Source: Tubiluchus corallicola (lineage: Eukaryota > Animalia > Priapulida). From it: DNA of 64,000 bases. Shown here piece by piece: positions 42,405 through 55,371 of the stretch. The stretch spans positions 124,001 to 188,000 of the forward strand of contig JAQGDQ010000064.1 of assembly GCA_030141605.1 (NCBI GenBank), written 5' to 3'. Made by a program: the position numbers and the translations under genes. The notes under the pieces are model-generated. The model was not told the origin of the DNA and searched no databases. It saw only the letters and a program-made list of their open reading frames with translations. Numbering within the stretch: the stretch's first letter is position 1; every line of letters starts with the position of its first letter.

Positions 42405-43334
42405 CTACTTTTCTCGGAGTTTTTGCTGAATTTAGCGCGCAAATATTAAGCTTGTGCAGTTTTCCTTATACAGTTTTCATGAATGTGTTTTGTGTTAAAA
42501 CTTAGAAGATCTACACAGAACCCGTGCAGTTGACCAAAACTATTTATTTTATTGTTATGTGTAATTCGTTATGCTATTTGACTTGTAATTATTCGGTGAT
42601 TGTGTAACACTGTCCTAATACTTTGTGTGGGTTTTTCATCAACTTCGCTCATCTCGTTTATCGTCTATGGCGAACCTAGCTGTTACTACGTTTATTAATT
42701 TCCTAGCATTGATCGGAGTAACGTCAGCGGTTCCAGCATCTGTTATCTCCTATTGTGCATAAGTATATAATCCAGCTTATGATGTGGAATTATATTGTAT
42801 GTAATGGCAATAAGCGAGCGCGTCGAAAAGAGGAACTAATAAGCGGCGTATAGAGACAGTTTTTATTATTTAAAAACTTAGATAATGGTTTTGCCTAATT
42901 TACATCCTATTTGTTAATGACAAGCGGTATTGTGTTAAATCTGCTCAGAACCGGACCATTATAGTGGATAAAATGTTAAAATTTTAGAAGAATGTTTAAA
43001 TAAATAAAACACTTTAAGGAATTAATAAGTTGGCTGTTATAGACATTTTAGATGCAAACAGCACAAACAGCAATGTGCATGACAGAGACAATTTGTTCAT
43101 TATTTGAATGTCATCTTCATGTCAAATCATTTCAACGTATAGTTAAGCTGATTTAAAAAGTAATTTCTGTGAGTTAAATTTAACACGATCACATAATTAG
43201 GCCTACAATACCTATCTTTCCACAGTACTTAAGCTACTTCTTAAGTTGTGTTGTTTGTCGAATTTTTTTGCAACTTACCCATTTACTCGTCTTTGATACA
43301 AGTTTAAAATAATGATTACAAAATGTAAATTAGT

Positions 43335-43398
43335 ACCATAAGTTGTTGTACAGTTTGTGCGATCTGAGAGACCGGCCGTCTAATCGATCGTACTTTTA
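43335..43398 (+). repeat. 64-bp exact direct repeat, copy 2
   Basis: Identical to 42341-42404. Confidence 0.95.
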
Positions 43399-44729
43399 TT
43401 TACGTAGTAACTAATTAATACGGATTAATAAACAAATTAATAAAAAAATACTATAGTTAATTTTTTGCGTATTTATAAAAATTTATTTTAAACATATAAT
43501 ATTTATCTTGTATAACAAAAGTATTTCACCAATTGATGTAACGGCCTAAAATTTAGTTCTGACATGTTTAAAATTGTCATGATAATAGTAATAAATATGT
43601 GTATGTTACAGGCCCACTAATAAAATGTTTCTCAGCAAATCAATTATCCGTCATTGTGCTATTATGGGTATTAAAGAAGACCCTAAATTTTAAGGTCTAT
43701 TTAAAAGTCACTTTTAACATTTTTGCTTTTATTTGGCTTCGACAAACGTGCTCAATAAGTCTTCAGTTTGGACAATGGTTCATCACTTTTGCTTAACTAG
43801 CTTTGTTAAAATAACATCGTAATCCTATCAAACTACACCTCGTAACTAGTAAGTTTTCATACGTGCATGAATTATAGTGAAATAAAATTACTACGGCTGT
43901 TACCAACCTACGTTAATTATGTAACCTTGGTCTCAAATGGTGCCGAGTGATAGCGATGTGTATATGTCTCATATGTCACCAAGGGAACAAATAAAAAATT
44001 TAGAGGGCACGATAATAATAATTGTATCAACGAACGTACGCGGATGACACTAGCTTAATGAGTGGTTCGTGTGGCATCGTGAAGAAAGAAAAGAGGCGTA
44101 GATAGGTGTTGTTTGCTTTAATATTATGACAAATTTTCAGTAGATGATTGCTTATGTAATTTAAGAACACATTTAATTTATTAATCGACTGCGATTGCCT
44201 TTACAGTATGAGACTGTGTGTTTCGTTGAAGTATGCTAACAAACTGAATGCATTTTGACATCATTTTTAAATTATAACGTGTAGATATTTACGCTAGCTT
44301 AGTAAAATCCGAGAAAATGTAGATTTTGTTCAGTGCCAGTGGATTTATACATATATATTTATATATGTGTGTGTGTATGTGCGTACAGCTAGTCAAAATA
44401 GATGGATAGATGTATGCATTACAAGATACATGAAATGTTAAACGAGAAGTGGCCAGTGCCAGGTTTGGCAGCTTAGATAATGGTTAATTTGCAACTAGGA
44501 ATAGACTTTTTCTGGATTTTTGCTGGAGGTTCCATCCAAGTTTATTTGGAGGAACACGATGAACACTTTTGCTGGTCACTGGCGAGCTCATAATATGGAC
44601 AATTTGTGAAACAACGCCGTGAGTGACCAGTAATTCACCTAGGTCACTAATTAAAGTAAATAAAGAAAATTTCGTAAAGTCATGCACCAATGAAAATATT
44701 AAATAGTGCGAATAGAGGCAATATTTATA

Positions 44730-44788
44730 ATGGCTAATTTCTTGGTTCGTACACGGCATCATCGCAGATCAAGTCATATGACTATTGA
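44730..44788 (+). CDS. Candidate alternative first coding exon (MANFLVRTRHHRRSSHMTI + 2 nt)
   Basis: ataATGG Kozak context, 19 codons + GA, donor GA|GTAAGT at 44789 (phase 2), AT-rich intron-like sequence follows. Contains RRSS. Confidence 0.5.
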
Positions 44789-46429
44789 GTAAGTGTAATT
44801 TCAATCAATTTTTAGCAACTTTTATTAAGTACATTTTTACACTTAAATATGTGCTAATTTTATTAAATGCTTTAACACATCGCGTTTATTTTTGCAGTTA
44901 CTATGGGTAAAATATTTTTGTATTTCAGTATTCTTGTATTTTTTTGTTACCTGTTGGTATTTAGTAGGTCGGATATTTATTTGCTTCAAAAACAATGTTA
45001 ACAGATTATAGGTACATAGCTGTCATAGTAACAGTTGTCATAATAGCAGTGTCACTGCAATAGTTGACATAGGTACTTTCTGTCACTAGCAAACTATTTT
45101 ATGAATTCTGTTTTTCTTGGGCTGTATTCATATTTCCACGGCTTGTGCGGGGCGATTTGTAGGAAAAAATAATGCCGTCGTCGTTATCATCATTGCACTG
45201 GATGCAGACTGCCGTGGCAGCCGTCATCATTGTCATTCCTCTGTTTCTCATCACCATTTCTTCTTTCTTCATCAATATTGTCGCGATTGCCGTCAGCATC
45301 ATTTTTGCCATTGCATGGTGACAACAACAACGGCTCTGGATTATAAAAACAACGCTACACCGTCAGGATTATTAGTTTTCTCACCTTTAACTGCTGATGT
45401 AATACAGAAGTTTTTGCGTAATCTTAGGTTGTTTTTCCGTAAACATTAAATCCATTAATTTATTGGTAGGATAAGATGCGAAACATATAGATGCTTAGAT
45501 AAAGAATGTCACTCTGCCTCTACTATGTGCGGCTTCAGTTCTACTTAACGTATTCTAAACAGCCCTTGTTGTAGAACTTCACAAATTCAATGGTTTCCAA
45601 GTTAATAACAATTCATCGTGATAAAGTGCGGTGTTTGATAGTCTACATCCACGAAAGCCAGACATTTTCTCCGGTTATTTAGTTCTAAGCTTTCGTTTGA
45701 ATATTTCTGTATTGACAACACATCTACATACAGGTTGGTCAATAAAGAAAGTTAGCAACATTGCTTGAAGATTATGTTCTTTGTGCCAATAAAATTGTTG
45801 ATTTTATTATAAAAGTAGTAAATAAATAAATAGATAAATAAAGTGAATAAATAAATAAACAAACAGATAAATAAATAAATTTGTACTTGCACTAAATTTG
45901 CACTTGTTTTATTTCAATTAATGTTAGGTAAAGTCATTCTAATGTAATGTAATTTAATTGTAATTTTAAACCGCAGTGTATCTTAATTAATGTAATGTAA
46001 TTTCACCTTCGGATTACAAGAGTTTTAATAATAGTAATAACTTGTAAATGGGCGGCTGCTGAGCAGATTTAACTGGGGCGGCATACTGTCATTTAAGCAA
46101 GAACATTAAGAAATTAAGAAATTTATAAATTTTGAGAAAATATGTTCGAAAACGTCTTTGATTTTTATAACATTGTCGTCATAGACTTTTGTCGTTCTGT
46201 TGATAGAAATTAAAAGGTTGTTAGTCTATGCTTATAACAAAAAACTGAGAAAAAGTAGCTTCGACTACCTTGAACAATGAAAGTTTTGTTAATAGCGACG
46301 GAATGGCTAAATTTGTGACAAAAAAGTTTACAAAAACAACTTAACGACTAATTTCAAATGACATGCTATTCTTATTCAACTGCTGTACGCAACACTTTGA
46401 AGATCGCCGTAAAGTTTTCAGTCACTGTA

Positions 46430-46515
46430 ATGACGTCATTTCGCTGCACAGGATTTGGAATCGCATCACCACCTGGTGGTCGATATTCACCAATCATCAC
46501 ACGTGCAGCAAAGCG
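46430..46515 (+). CDS. Candidate alternative first coding exon (MTSFRCTGFGIASPPGGRYSPIITRAAK + 2 nt)
   Basis: 28 codons + CG, donor GCG|GTAAGT at 46516 (phase 2), GC-rich island in AT-rich DNA. In-frame stop at 46349 and an alternative upstream ATG at 46358. Possible acceptors at 46421 and 46451. Confidence 0.6.
46431..46438. promoter_or_regulatory. Perfect CRE palindrome TGACGTCA overlapping the candidate start codon
   Basis: Exact CREB/ATF consensus octamer. Function is not shown. Confidence 0.25.
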
Positions 46516-48270
46516 GTAAGTTACTGAATTAACCTTGCAAAGCCCTTATTGTGAAAATGTGGCATTTAGTTGTATGTAGCATAAGTTGTGATTTGGCTGT
46601 GACCAAAGTTACAACATAGACGCACACATGTGTATTCAAAAAGAATGACCTCTAATAGGAAACAATGAAATGGAAAATGTGTTTTAGCTATCCCGGAAAG
46701 CTTACGTGCAGTGATGGCCGAAATAATAGGATAAGCTATGAAAAATCTTTTTGGTCGCCCACTAATTATTATATCAGTATTGTCTTTTGGTACATCATTA
46801 AATTACAATATATTCAAGTCTAATGCAGTGGTAGGTGTAGCTGTATGTAGTTTAAGCATTCACCCATAATTTAAAGTGATATTTTATAGCTTTTCACAGT
46901 TTTCTGAATTTTGTACTATTCTTTCATATACGGATCAAGGTGAAGGACTATTCTTTTGGTCACGACTGTATCTCGGTGAAAAGCAAACAGCGGAAAGAGT
47001 ATAGCAGGCGAAACTCCCAAGCCGTTTTCCTGATCACGTATAGTGCTGTCACTGATCAGATTCAGCTTGCATATACTTCGGTCGCGGCACACACGCCGTA
47101 TTTTTCGGAATTTTCCTGACGAAAAGCGTAGTATTTATGCTAAATTATGTAAAAGTGCCAATGTGCAATGAATATGTTTGTGCTGATGTAACTACTAAGG
47201 ATACAGGATATGAATGTGTAACATGTAATATTTGTAAAGCAAGCATTATATATAAAAGATACAGGAAAGTGGAGCTTTCTCCAGTTTATTATTTATTCAA
47301 ACTCCAAGTTTCTTCTAAAATATAAGAACTGCTCATCTGTAGAAAATTCTTCTCACGAATCAAATTGATTCCGTTAGATTCATGTTTCTCACTAATAGAT
47401 GGCGGCACGGCCCATTGCTGTGAGTCGCCCAGAATAATGAAATTAGAATCAATCATGCTCTGATTTCGAACTATAATTTGGGCAACTAAAGAACTTTAAA
47501 GAAAATAGCTATTAAATATAACATAATGATTTCACAACGAAGGTTTTAAACGGATTTGTCAAAACAGTAGGCCTATGTATGTATATATAATACGTCATTT
47601 GTTAAAACATCAGTTAATTTAATTATGCAAAATGCATATATGTATGTATAAAAGTTGTGGATTGTCTTATATCAAGAGATGATAATAGCAAGCGTGTTGT
47701 CTTCAATCGAATTCCACATTGCACACACAAAAATGCGCTGCTTGCAGAAACATATGTGATGTAATAAAGCTGTAGTGTAGGCTATTCTCAAAAACAGCAC
47801 CCAGAATTATAGGATATGAACATATGAGAGGACATAGAAATACACAGAAATACACATAGGAACACATATGGTTACTGCCCTAACATCGGTCCAATAAAAT
47901 TGGTTAAAGGACAAGAAAATACTCTTCATGAATAAAGGTAAAAATTCGTCTTGAAATTTTATATCATTTATATGCTGTCTTACTGCATGCAGGGCTAGTG
48001 TTAGCAGTAATGCTAAATAAAATTTGTAAATTTTAACGTATGCGATTACAGTTAGGCGTAGGCATTTTAACAGTAAGTCGTCTGAAACAAGTTCAGATAA
48101 CATTGCGTAAAGTTTGAAAAAATAATCAGAGCATTCGTAGCACACTCTTCACTAACTAAGCAAAAGTTTAAATTACATATGTTGTCAATAAGATCAATAA
48201 AGTATTGTCTTGTGAATCAGCGGTGTACACAGGGATGGCGACACAGTGCCGTTTTATCAAAGATGCGAGA

Positions 48271-49322
48271 GATTGATTGATTGATTGATTGATTTAACTC
48301 TTTATTTCGAACTAGGTTCGTAGAATACATAACATGCAATAATTACGAGACATACAATAATTATAACCCCTCCTCTCAACACATACAAATTAATACATGA
48401 ATTAATATATATATATATATTGTCCAGCCTGAATCGTCACTCATAATTTCTACCTAATACTTTCCTCATTGGTCTCTCATGTCTGAAGTGTAAAATGCGT
48501 CACTGTTATTCAATGCCTTTATAAGAACATTTGAGCTTTGCATTACTCTACTGTATAGACTTTATGCAGTTTTCCTATGTATTACATCAAAGTATAAAAC
48601 GTCGTGGTCTACTGAAATAGTCCTAGAACTATAATCACATGGGTAGTTGAAAAGTTTGCGTTTTGAAATATTGTGAGCTGCTTTAAGTTTGCTGAGACTG
48701 TAGTTATAAAAATGTCGCCAGGTGGCCATACCGTAGAAAGAATTACAATAAGAGTTGAACAGATGAGTTTTGACATTAGGTGAACAATGATGAAATTTTC
48801 TAAGAATACGGTTCGCTCTAGACTTCGTTGTCTGATAATATCCATGTCACCTTTATTATCACTGGTGATAATATGGCCAAGATATTTTTCTGTTTCACAC
48901 GGGATAATTATTTTACCGGCTACCTCAAGTGAACGGAAATTGAACCCACACATGCTGGGGGGTGTAATTGTTATAAGTTTAGTCTTGTCGACATTTATTA
49001 CTATGTCATGACTATTTGTGTATTCAACATACATATCAACTAAAGTTTGTAAAGCAGTGGTAGTGGATGCTAGTAAACATCCATCATCAGCAAACATAAG
49101 GTGATTTATATAAGTAGCACCTATCTGACAGCCTAGACCGGTAGATGTGAGGTCAGAACTCAAGTCTCTGAAATATAAATTAAATAGTATGGGTGACATT
49201 TTTGCTTCCTGCTGAACTCCATTTGCGACTTTAAATGTGCTAGAACAAAAATTTCCGCACCTCACAAACATAGTTTGTCGAGAGTAATAAAAGGCTAATA
49301 ATCTTATAATAATGTTAGGCAT
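48271..49322 (-). mobile_element. 5'-truncated non-LTR retrotransposon (LINE) with RT C-terminal half, 3' UTR and (AATC)n tail; possibly RTE-X-like
   Basis: RT motifs NGVQQEAKMSPILFNLY, HLMFADD and KYLGHII. A frameshifted continuation reads RANRILRKFHHCSPNVKTHLFNSYCNSFYG. AATAAA followed by (AATC)n on the minus strand at about 48271-48306. Clade is inferred. Confidence 0.9.
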
Positions 49323-49331
49323 ATCAGTATC

Positions 49332-49423
<92 letters not shown>

Positions 49424-49446
49424 AGAGAGAGGAGAGAGAGAGAGAA
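49332..49446. repeat. (GA)n microsatellite at the 5' truncation point of the LINE
   Basis: Directly visible. Confidence 0.97.
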
Positions 49447-50330
49447 GAAAAACATGCAAATTCTTGCAGCTAAAGAAGCCTGCGTGCGTGACAGATCTAT
49501 TATACGTAGCTCGCATCACTTAAGCTATTTTCAGCTTTTCCTAATTTATGTTGAGCGTGTTGTGTTCCCAGATTGTTGTAGTATAGTCTACGCAAAATTC
49601 AATAGCTTGTCTGTGCAGCCACTTTTAGACGCTTTAGTTATTATTTATGTAGGACAAATGTAGTATTCATTATTTACGTTTGAATGTGCACTTCAACTTT
49701 TGGTTTAGCATTATTTGTGTGTATTTTGCCGCATCTTCTTGTTAGACTGGAATTCGCGTGGTTGTTTTTCTGCAGTTCAAGTTCCTTTCAACATGGTTGT
49801 GTGCTACTAAGCTTTTTGTTTTGATGAGGTTTAACAAACAGCCTTAATATGCAGCACAGAAGGTGGCATACCCGTGCAAGATCATACTAGAAACGAGCTA
49901 TCGTAGAATGTCAAAAAACTTTTTTTCTGTGTGCTTATAGTTTCTATTAGAATGATACCCACATCATAAGTCTAATCGAGATAAGCAGGACACTGCTCAA
50001 GAGAACGAAACCAAAGAACAGACCTTCTGGCAAGTACATTCCTTTTCTTGTTGCATGCGTCTGTCATTATTTTGTGTAGTTTTTATATTATGTTTACGAA
50101 TGAAGAGTCCAATTTAATTCTACCAGGCCTGTCGCCATGTAGCGCTCCTGCAACAGAATTCAGACGTTTTTTCCAAGTCACTTAGTTTTTGCGCAACACA
50201 GAACCAGGTCAGTGTGAATGCCTTTTTGTTATTTTTGTTATTGGTAGCACCATTATCGTCATCATTGTTGTCATGGTTGTCCCTGTTGTCATTACTCTGT
50301 TCCTCCTCCTGATCAGTACCTCTTCCATCA

Positions 50331-50420
50331 ATCATCATCGTCTTCATCATCACCATCACTATCATCATCATCATCATCATCATCGTCATCGTCATTGTCG
50401 TCGTAATCGTCGTCGTCGTT
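50331..50420. repeat. (CAT)n(CGT)n microsatellite
   Basis: Directly visible. Confidence 0.93.
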
Positions 50421-51194
50421 GTTTGTATGAAACTGAGAACAACATAATGAATTTTAAGCCTAGCATTGGAAACCTAGAGAAAGATTTTATAATAATTAAA
50501 AATCAGACCTAGAAAATAAATCAGATTCCGTTTCCGGTGTATTGAGAGTTGGAGAAGTTGTTGGTAAACACGAGAAAAAGTACGCTTGTCTTGGTTTGGC
50601 TTCCGAATCTTACTGCACCAGCAACACAGGAGCTGTAGATAAACTGACAGCTGCATTTCTCGACCAGTATCATGTTGCAGCAACCGGCAGAAATATATAG
50701 GCAGCCATTAGAATGACTACTCACTGAAAAGACTGTTAATAGTTTTAACAAATGAGCGACAAATGACTATACAAGAAGTTATATAGTTGACCAATTAGTG
50801 TCTCAGTGATGTTTAGATGTAAAACTTCTGTTTACACCATAAAATGATTTTGATTTTCTATAATGTACACTCATTGGGCATGCATAGTATGCATAGAAAC
50901 AATGTGGACGGCTAAATCTGTGTGTTCTTGGCAGTATGCAACAGTAATAATTAATTTGCCGTTGAAACGTAATTGCCAATTTTCATTTTCTATTTGATTT
51001 TCAAGATTTGTTTATGCTTCGGCAAATAGAAGGCCAGGTCAATATTTCAGTTTGTGTGTGTTGCATATATATCCCCGTATTCGTGTAGGTGTATAAATTG
51101 TACAATATATTTTTGAATAAAATATATAATGATAATAATTCATGTTCTAAAAACTTTCGTTCTGAAAAATTCTGAAAACAGTCCCCGGTTGATA

Positions 51195-51465
51195 CTGATG
51201 ATCAGTCGTTGTGTTGGTCAGTCGGTCCGTCCGTCCGTCCGGCCGTCTGTCCGTCAGGCAGTTCCATGTAAGGACGGTTATTAATTATTATGTTCATAAT
51301 CGTAGGCCATCGAGCAGTTTCTTGGTATGATAATCAGTCATTTGGCCAGTCTGTTCAGTCGGTTGGTTGGTCCGTTGTCCTCCATCCGTCAGTCAATCAG
51401 TCCCATGCAAGGAGAATTATTAATTATTAGGTTCACAATCGTCTACCATCAATCTGTTTCTCGGC
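51195..51465 (+). repeat. Tandem repeat, unit about 135 bp x2, with GTCC/GTCA microsatellite core
   Basis: Duplicated ccatg.aagga...ttattaattatta.gttca.aatcgt...ccatc. Confidence 0.75.
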
Positions 51466-53216
51466 ATTTGAAAGCTGGCAGTAATAAAAGAAAAAACTTG
51501 ATTCCTTAATTAGTGATTTATGATTCTGCATGTCTGCAAGTGGTGCGTACGGCTAGATCTACATTAAAATGCTTTAACGAAATTGCTTATTTACAAACCG
51601 CGTTAAGAAAAACTGCTGTTATGCTAATTTGGTCCGATAGAGTTAATTAATGGTTTTATTGCGTGTTTTACGTTCGGTCTTTGAAAGTTTTCGGTGTCTC
51701 AGAAAGTACGACATACCAGAAGAACAAGAAATTGTGCTTAATATGCGTAGGTGCAACTCGTTTGGCTTCTACTTCATTGACTTATTGGTCGCCTTTGGGA
51801 AAGCTCAGCGTATACCATAAAATTTTCGATTAGATTGTGACAAAGTTTTCGTCATCTACGCCCCGGGAGCTTTCCGTCAGAATTTAATTATCTTAAAGGT
51901 TGATTCGAGACTACTGCCTTCCAGCAGTGTAGGAGTGAGGGCGAGGGAGCTGCTGAGTTTCGCTGGGCATACTTCACTGTTGAAAATGAAATACGCAAAG
52001 TCTGGTTAATAAATGGGTGAGTGACAATCTCGAGAGATCGTTTCTTTCTCGCTGAAGGAGGATGCATCTACGCATCTGCCCTAAAATTGCTCTTTCTTAG
52101 ATGATTATCATTGATTATGACTATTATTTTTCGTTCCCGATACTATAACAAAATTCATAGTCAGGTTCCATCGGTGAATATAAATCATATAAATCATGTT
52201 TACATGACAATTACTTTTAAAATTCAAGTGACTGAAAGTTATTGCTGCTTGCTGCCAGTATGGTTTCGCTGTCCTCAAAGGCTTTGCTTGCATCCAACAG
52301 ACAACGAAAACCTGGCGTATCAGCATACAACTTGAATTAGCTCTTTAATCCCATAAATAGTTACCTCAGTTCTACAGCAAATGGCTTACTAAATCTCGTG
52401 TAACTGGCTTCGTGAAATTGCGCCTGAGGTGAAAATTAAATAAAATGCAAAAAAAATTTATTGGCATATTATAGGTATTGTACGCATTAACATACATGAA
52501 CAACAGTATAACAATAACAACATAAAATACACTTTTCGTATGCTAACACAAAAATATGCATAAAGTGATGATAGTTCATAAAAATAACAGTTAAAAGTTT
52601 TAGCTAGTCGGTGCCCGGAAAGTAGCGTAAACTTGCTGTCGCTTTTAGCAGTTTCTGGACTCGAGAAACTGCTTCAGCCATGGTCTTCTGCTCACTAAAA
52701 TCTTTTTTGATTTTTCTGTTGCCATTACTTTTCAATGAAACTGAGTTATCAGATTATGCTCTCAAACAGATGACGCTACAAAAACGGAATCAACTTCCAC
52801 TCTCAGAACAACAATATTTGACGCGAGGGATCGATGTTAAAAATCGATTCGAGACGTGATTCTGTTGAGATTGATGCCTTTAATCTCAGATAAAGATTGC
52901 GTAAATAGCTAGGACGGTTAGCATTGACACAAATGAGAATTCAACTTGTCCACAACTGTTTTACTGAAACTTATTTGGATGGTCTGTCTGAAATGCAATG
53001 GAATAATATTGAAAAAGTAGGGAAAACTAGTTAGATTGACGATAGTTAGTAGTGTTTTATGAATTTTGTCATCTTACTTGTGGCGAAACCTATTAGATTC
53101 TTCAGTTTTCATAGTAATTTTTCAAGGCTGAGATTGTGAATTTTGAAGACTTAACATTTAGAATAGTTAAAATAAATAGATGGAATGTAACTATATAATA
53201 GTTAGAAAATAACAAT

Positions 53217-53419
53217 TAGAATAGAATAGAATAGAATAGAATAGAATAGAATAGAATAGAATAGAATAGAATAGAATAGAATAGAACAGAACAGAACAGA
53301 ACAGAACAGAACAGAACAGAACAGAACAGAACAGAACAGAACAGAACAGAACAGAACAGAATAGAATAGAATAGAATAGAATAGAATAGAATAGAATAGA
53401 ATAGAATAGAATAGAATAG
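53217..53419. repeat. Pentanucleotide array (GAATA)n(GAACA)n(GAATA)n
   Basis: Directly visible. Confidence 0.98.
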
Positions 53420-53549
53420 TTGCTGAAGTAAAAATGGACCCCTGCAGTATGCGGTGGACAGGGAGCAACAAATACCAATTTGATAAAGTTAATTTTTCTA
53501 TCTCACTATACGTGCGTTTAGCTAATCTTTGTCAAAGCCTTCTCTCTCC

Positions 53550-53560
53550 GTGTGTGTGTG

Positions 53561-53612
<52 letters not shown>

Positions 53613-53617
53613 TGTGT
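53550..53617. repeat. (TG)n(TGCG)n microsatellite
   Basis: Directly visible. Confidence 0.97.
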
Positions 53618-54499
53618 ATGTTTGTGAGTCTGTCTCTCTTTCTTTCTATATATATCCATCTATCTTTCTCTCTGGCGCTCTTTCTCCCTGTCACCCCCTA
53701 TCTTCCCGAGTTTAACTCAATCATAGCAATCCTCGAGTCTTCGTAACCTTGAATCCCCCTCTACTCCCTGAATCTTTTCTCTATAGCATTCCCTGAGCTT
53801 TTATCCAGAACAACCTACAGCAATCCTTATTCCTGCTGTCCATAGTGTTTCCAAGCTTCCTTTCTTTAGCACAATGAATTTGTTGCTAGTACTAGCACCC
53901 TTGTATTCATTGCTCTGCGAGTCCCAAAGCTGACCCTGCACGTTTATAGCTCAGTTACAGCACACGCGTTGAGCCTCACTATTCCTGCTAACAACTTTCT
54001 AGCGCTGCATAAACTCGCTATCCATGGTACTTCGTATATTGTAACCTGGACGCGTGGCTAAAATGTGCCCATTTTCATGATTATGGCTCAGTTCTTTCGG
54101 AAATGGCCGCTGCATTGATAGCCACGAAATTACCATTACGCTAAAACTGTTTGCATGCTTTCCTTGTTTGAGCTCACTCATGTTTTATTAGTTCATTTTC
54201 GCCAACCCTGGCTGGTTTCATATCCAACTTGTTGCAGACACGACCGGCATATATTCAAAACGTACCAGGTGCAATTATCCCTTAATTGTAATCAAACTAT
54301 GCTAACTAACTAATATGCACGTTTTGGTTGTCAATCTTTAATTGATTTCCATGATTAGTAACAACCTGATTGTCGTGATTAACTTTATGCAGTTGCTCAA
54401 TACATATTGAAACCACCTGACGCATTGTGCATTGGTGAGAAATATGTCTAGTTGCATGCAATAGTAATAGTGCTCCAATTGTTGTTGAATTCAAGGTTA

Positions 54500-54550
54500 G
54501 GAATAGCTGAGTGGACGCGATATGCGCTCATCGACCAAAGTTAAGCAAAG
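54500..54550 (+). mobile_element. tRNA/5S chimeric SINE-like head, copy 4 (partial)
   Basis: ATAGCTGAGTGG...ATGCGCTC...ACCAAAGTTAAGCA. Confidence 0.45.
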
Positions 54551-55371
54551 TCCATCTTGATAGCTACTATCTCCGCCATATTTCAAATTGTCAGCAGACC
54601 CAGTTGAATACTCAGCTGTATTACTTGTGGAAGTTGTTTACCCGTCATATTTTCTTACTCTAATCCTAAAGCACGTATTGTTAAGATACTCCTACAAATC
54701 GGATAGTTTGGACCGTCTCCGTTTGGACCCGTTTAGACCACCAATAGCTTCTCCAGCGTACCTTCCTAACATTTTCTTTTTTGTTATGAAAAAGCTCACT
54801 GGTACTCCTTTCTTTTCTTTCCCCCTAGAATAATTTTTCTTGGAGTTTTTAAAGTTGTGAATGAGAAATCGCGGCTGCTTAGATTGCGCATGGATCGGTA
54901 ACATACCTTGACGTCCCTTTCATCATAAATTCTCATGCTTGCTCCCTTGTGTAGGCAGCTTCTGATGCCCATAGAACCCATATTTATAAGTTGTGCAGAC
55001 GGATGTCTGTTGTGACAACCATGTGTAAAAGACGTAACACGGCTGAGTCACATCGTTTTCTCACGACGGTAGAAGTAAAAACCTGCTCAAAGATTAAAAG
55101 GCTGAAATATGCAAAACCGATCAGTTCAATTTCCAACCAGTGCTTGGGCTCCAGAGATTTCTGCCATATCTCATATACAGTCCATACTCTTAGTAAACCT
55201 GCTATCCCTTCTATGCTAAATGGATGACAGTTAAACTCTCAGCCAATATTTTAGCGACAACATCAAAGTTGACGAACATCAACCTCCACTATTTCTACCA
55301 CAAACCTTTTTCTACCTTTGATCTTTGTGTCACACCCAGTAAATCTGTGTGAGAGAGGCAATAGCCTGCCT

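Noticed and set aside
48040-48078. Other ATG-donor pairs (48040, 38569, 52014, 56749, 57063)
   Set aside because: Phase 0 or 1, no supporting composition, and one lies in repeat-like sequence. They illustrate the chance background for the first-exon calls.
53217-53419. CRISPR-like array
   Set aside because: Simple tandem repeat without unique spacers, in a eukaryotic context with no cas genes.
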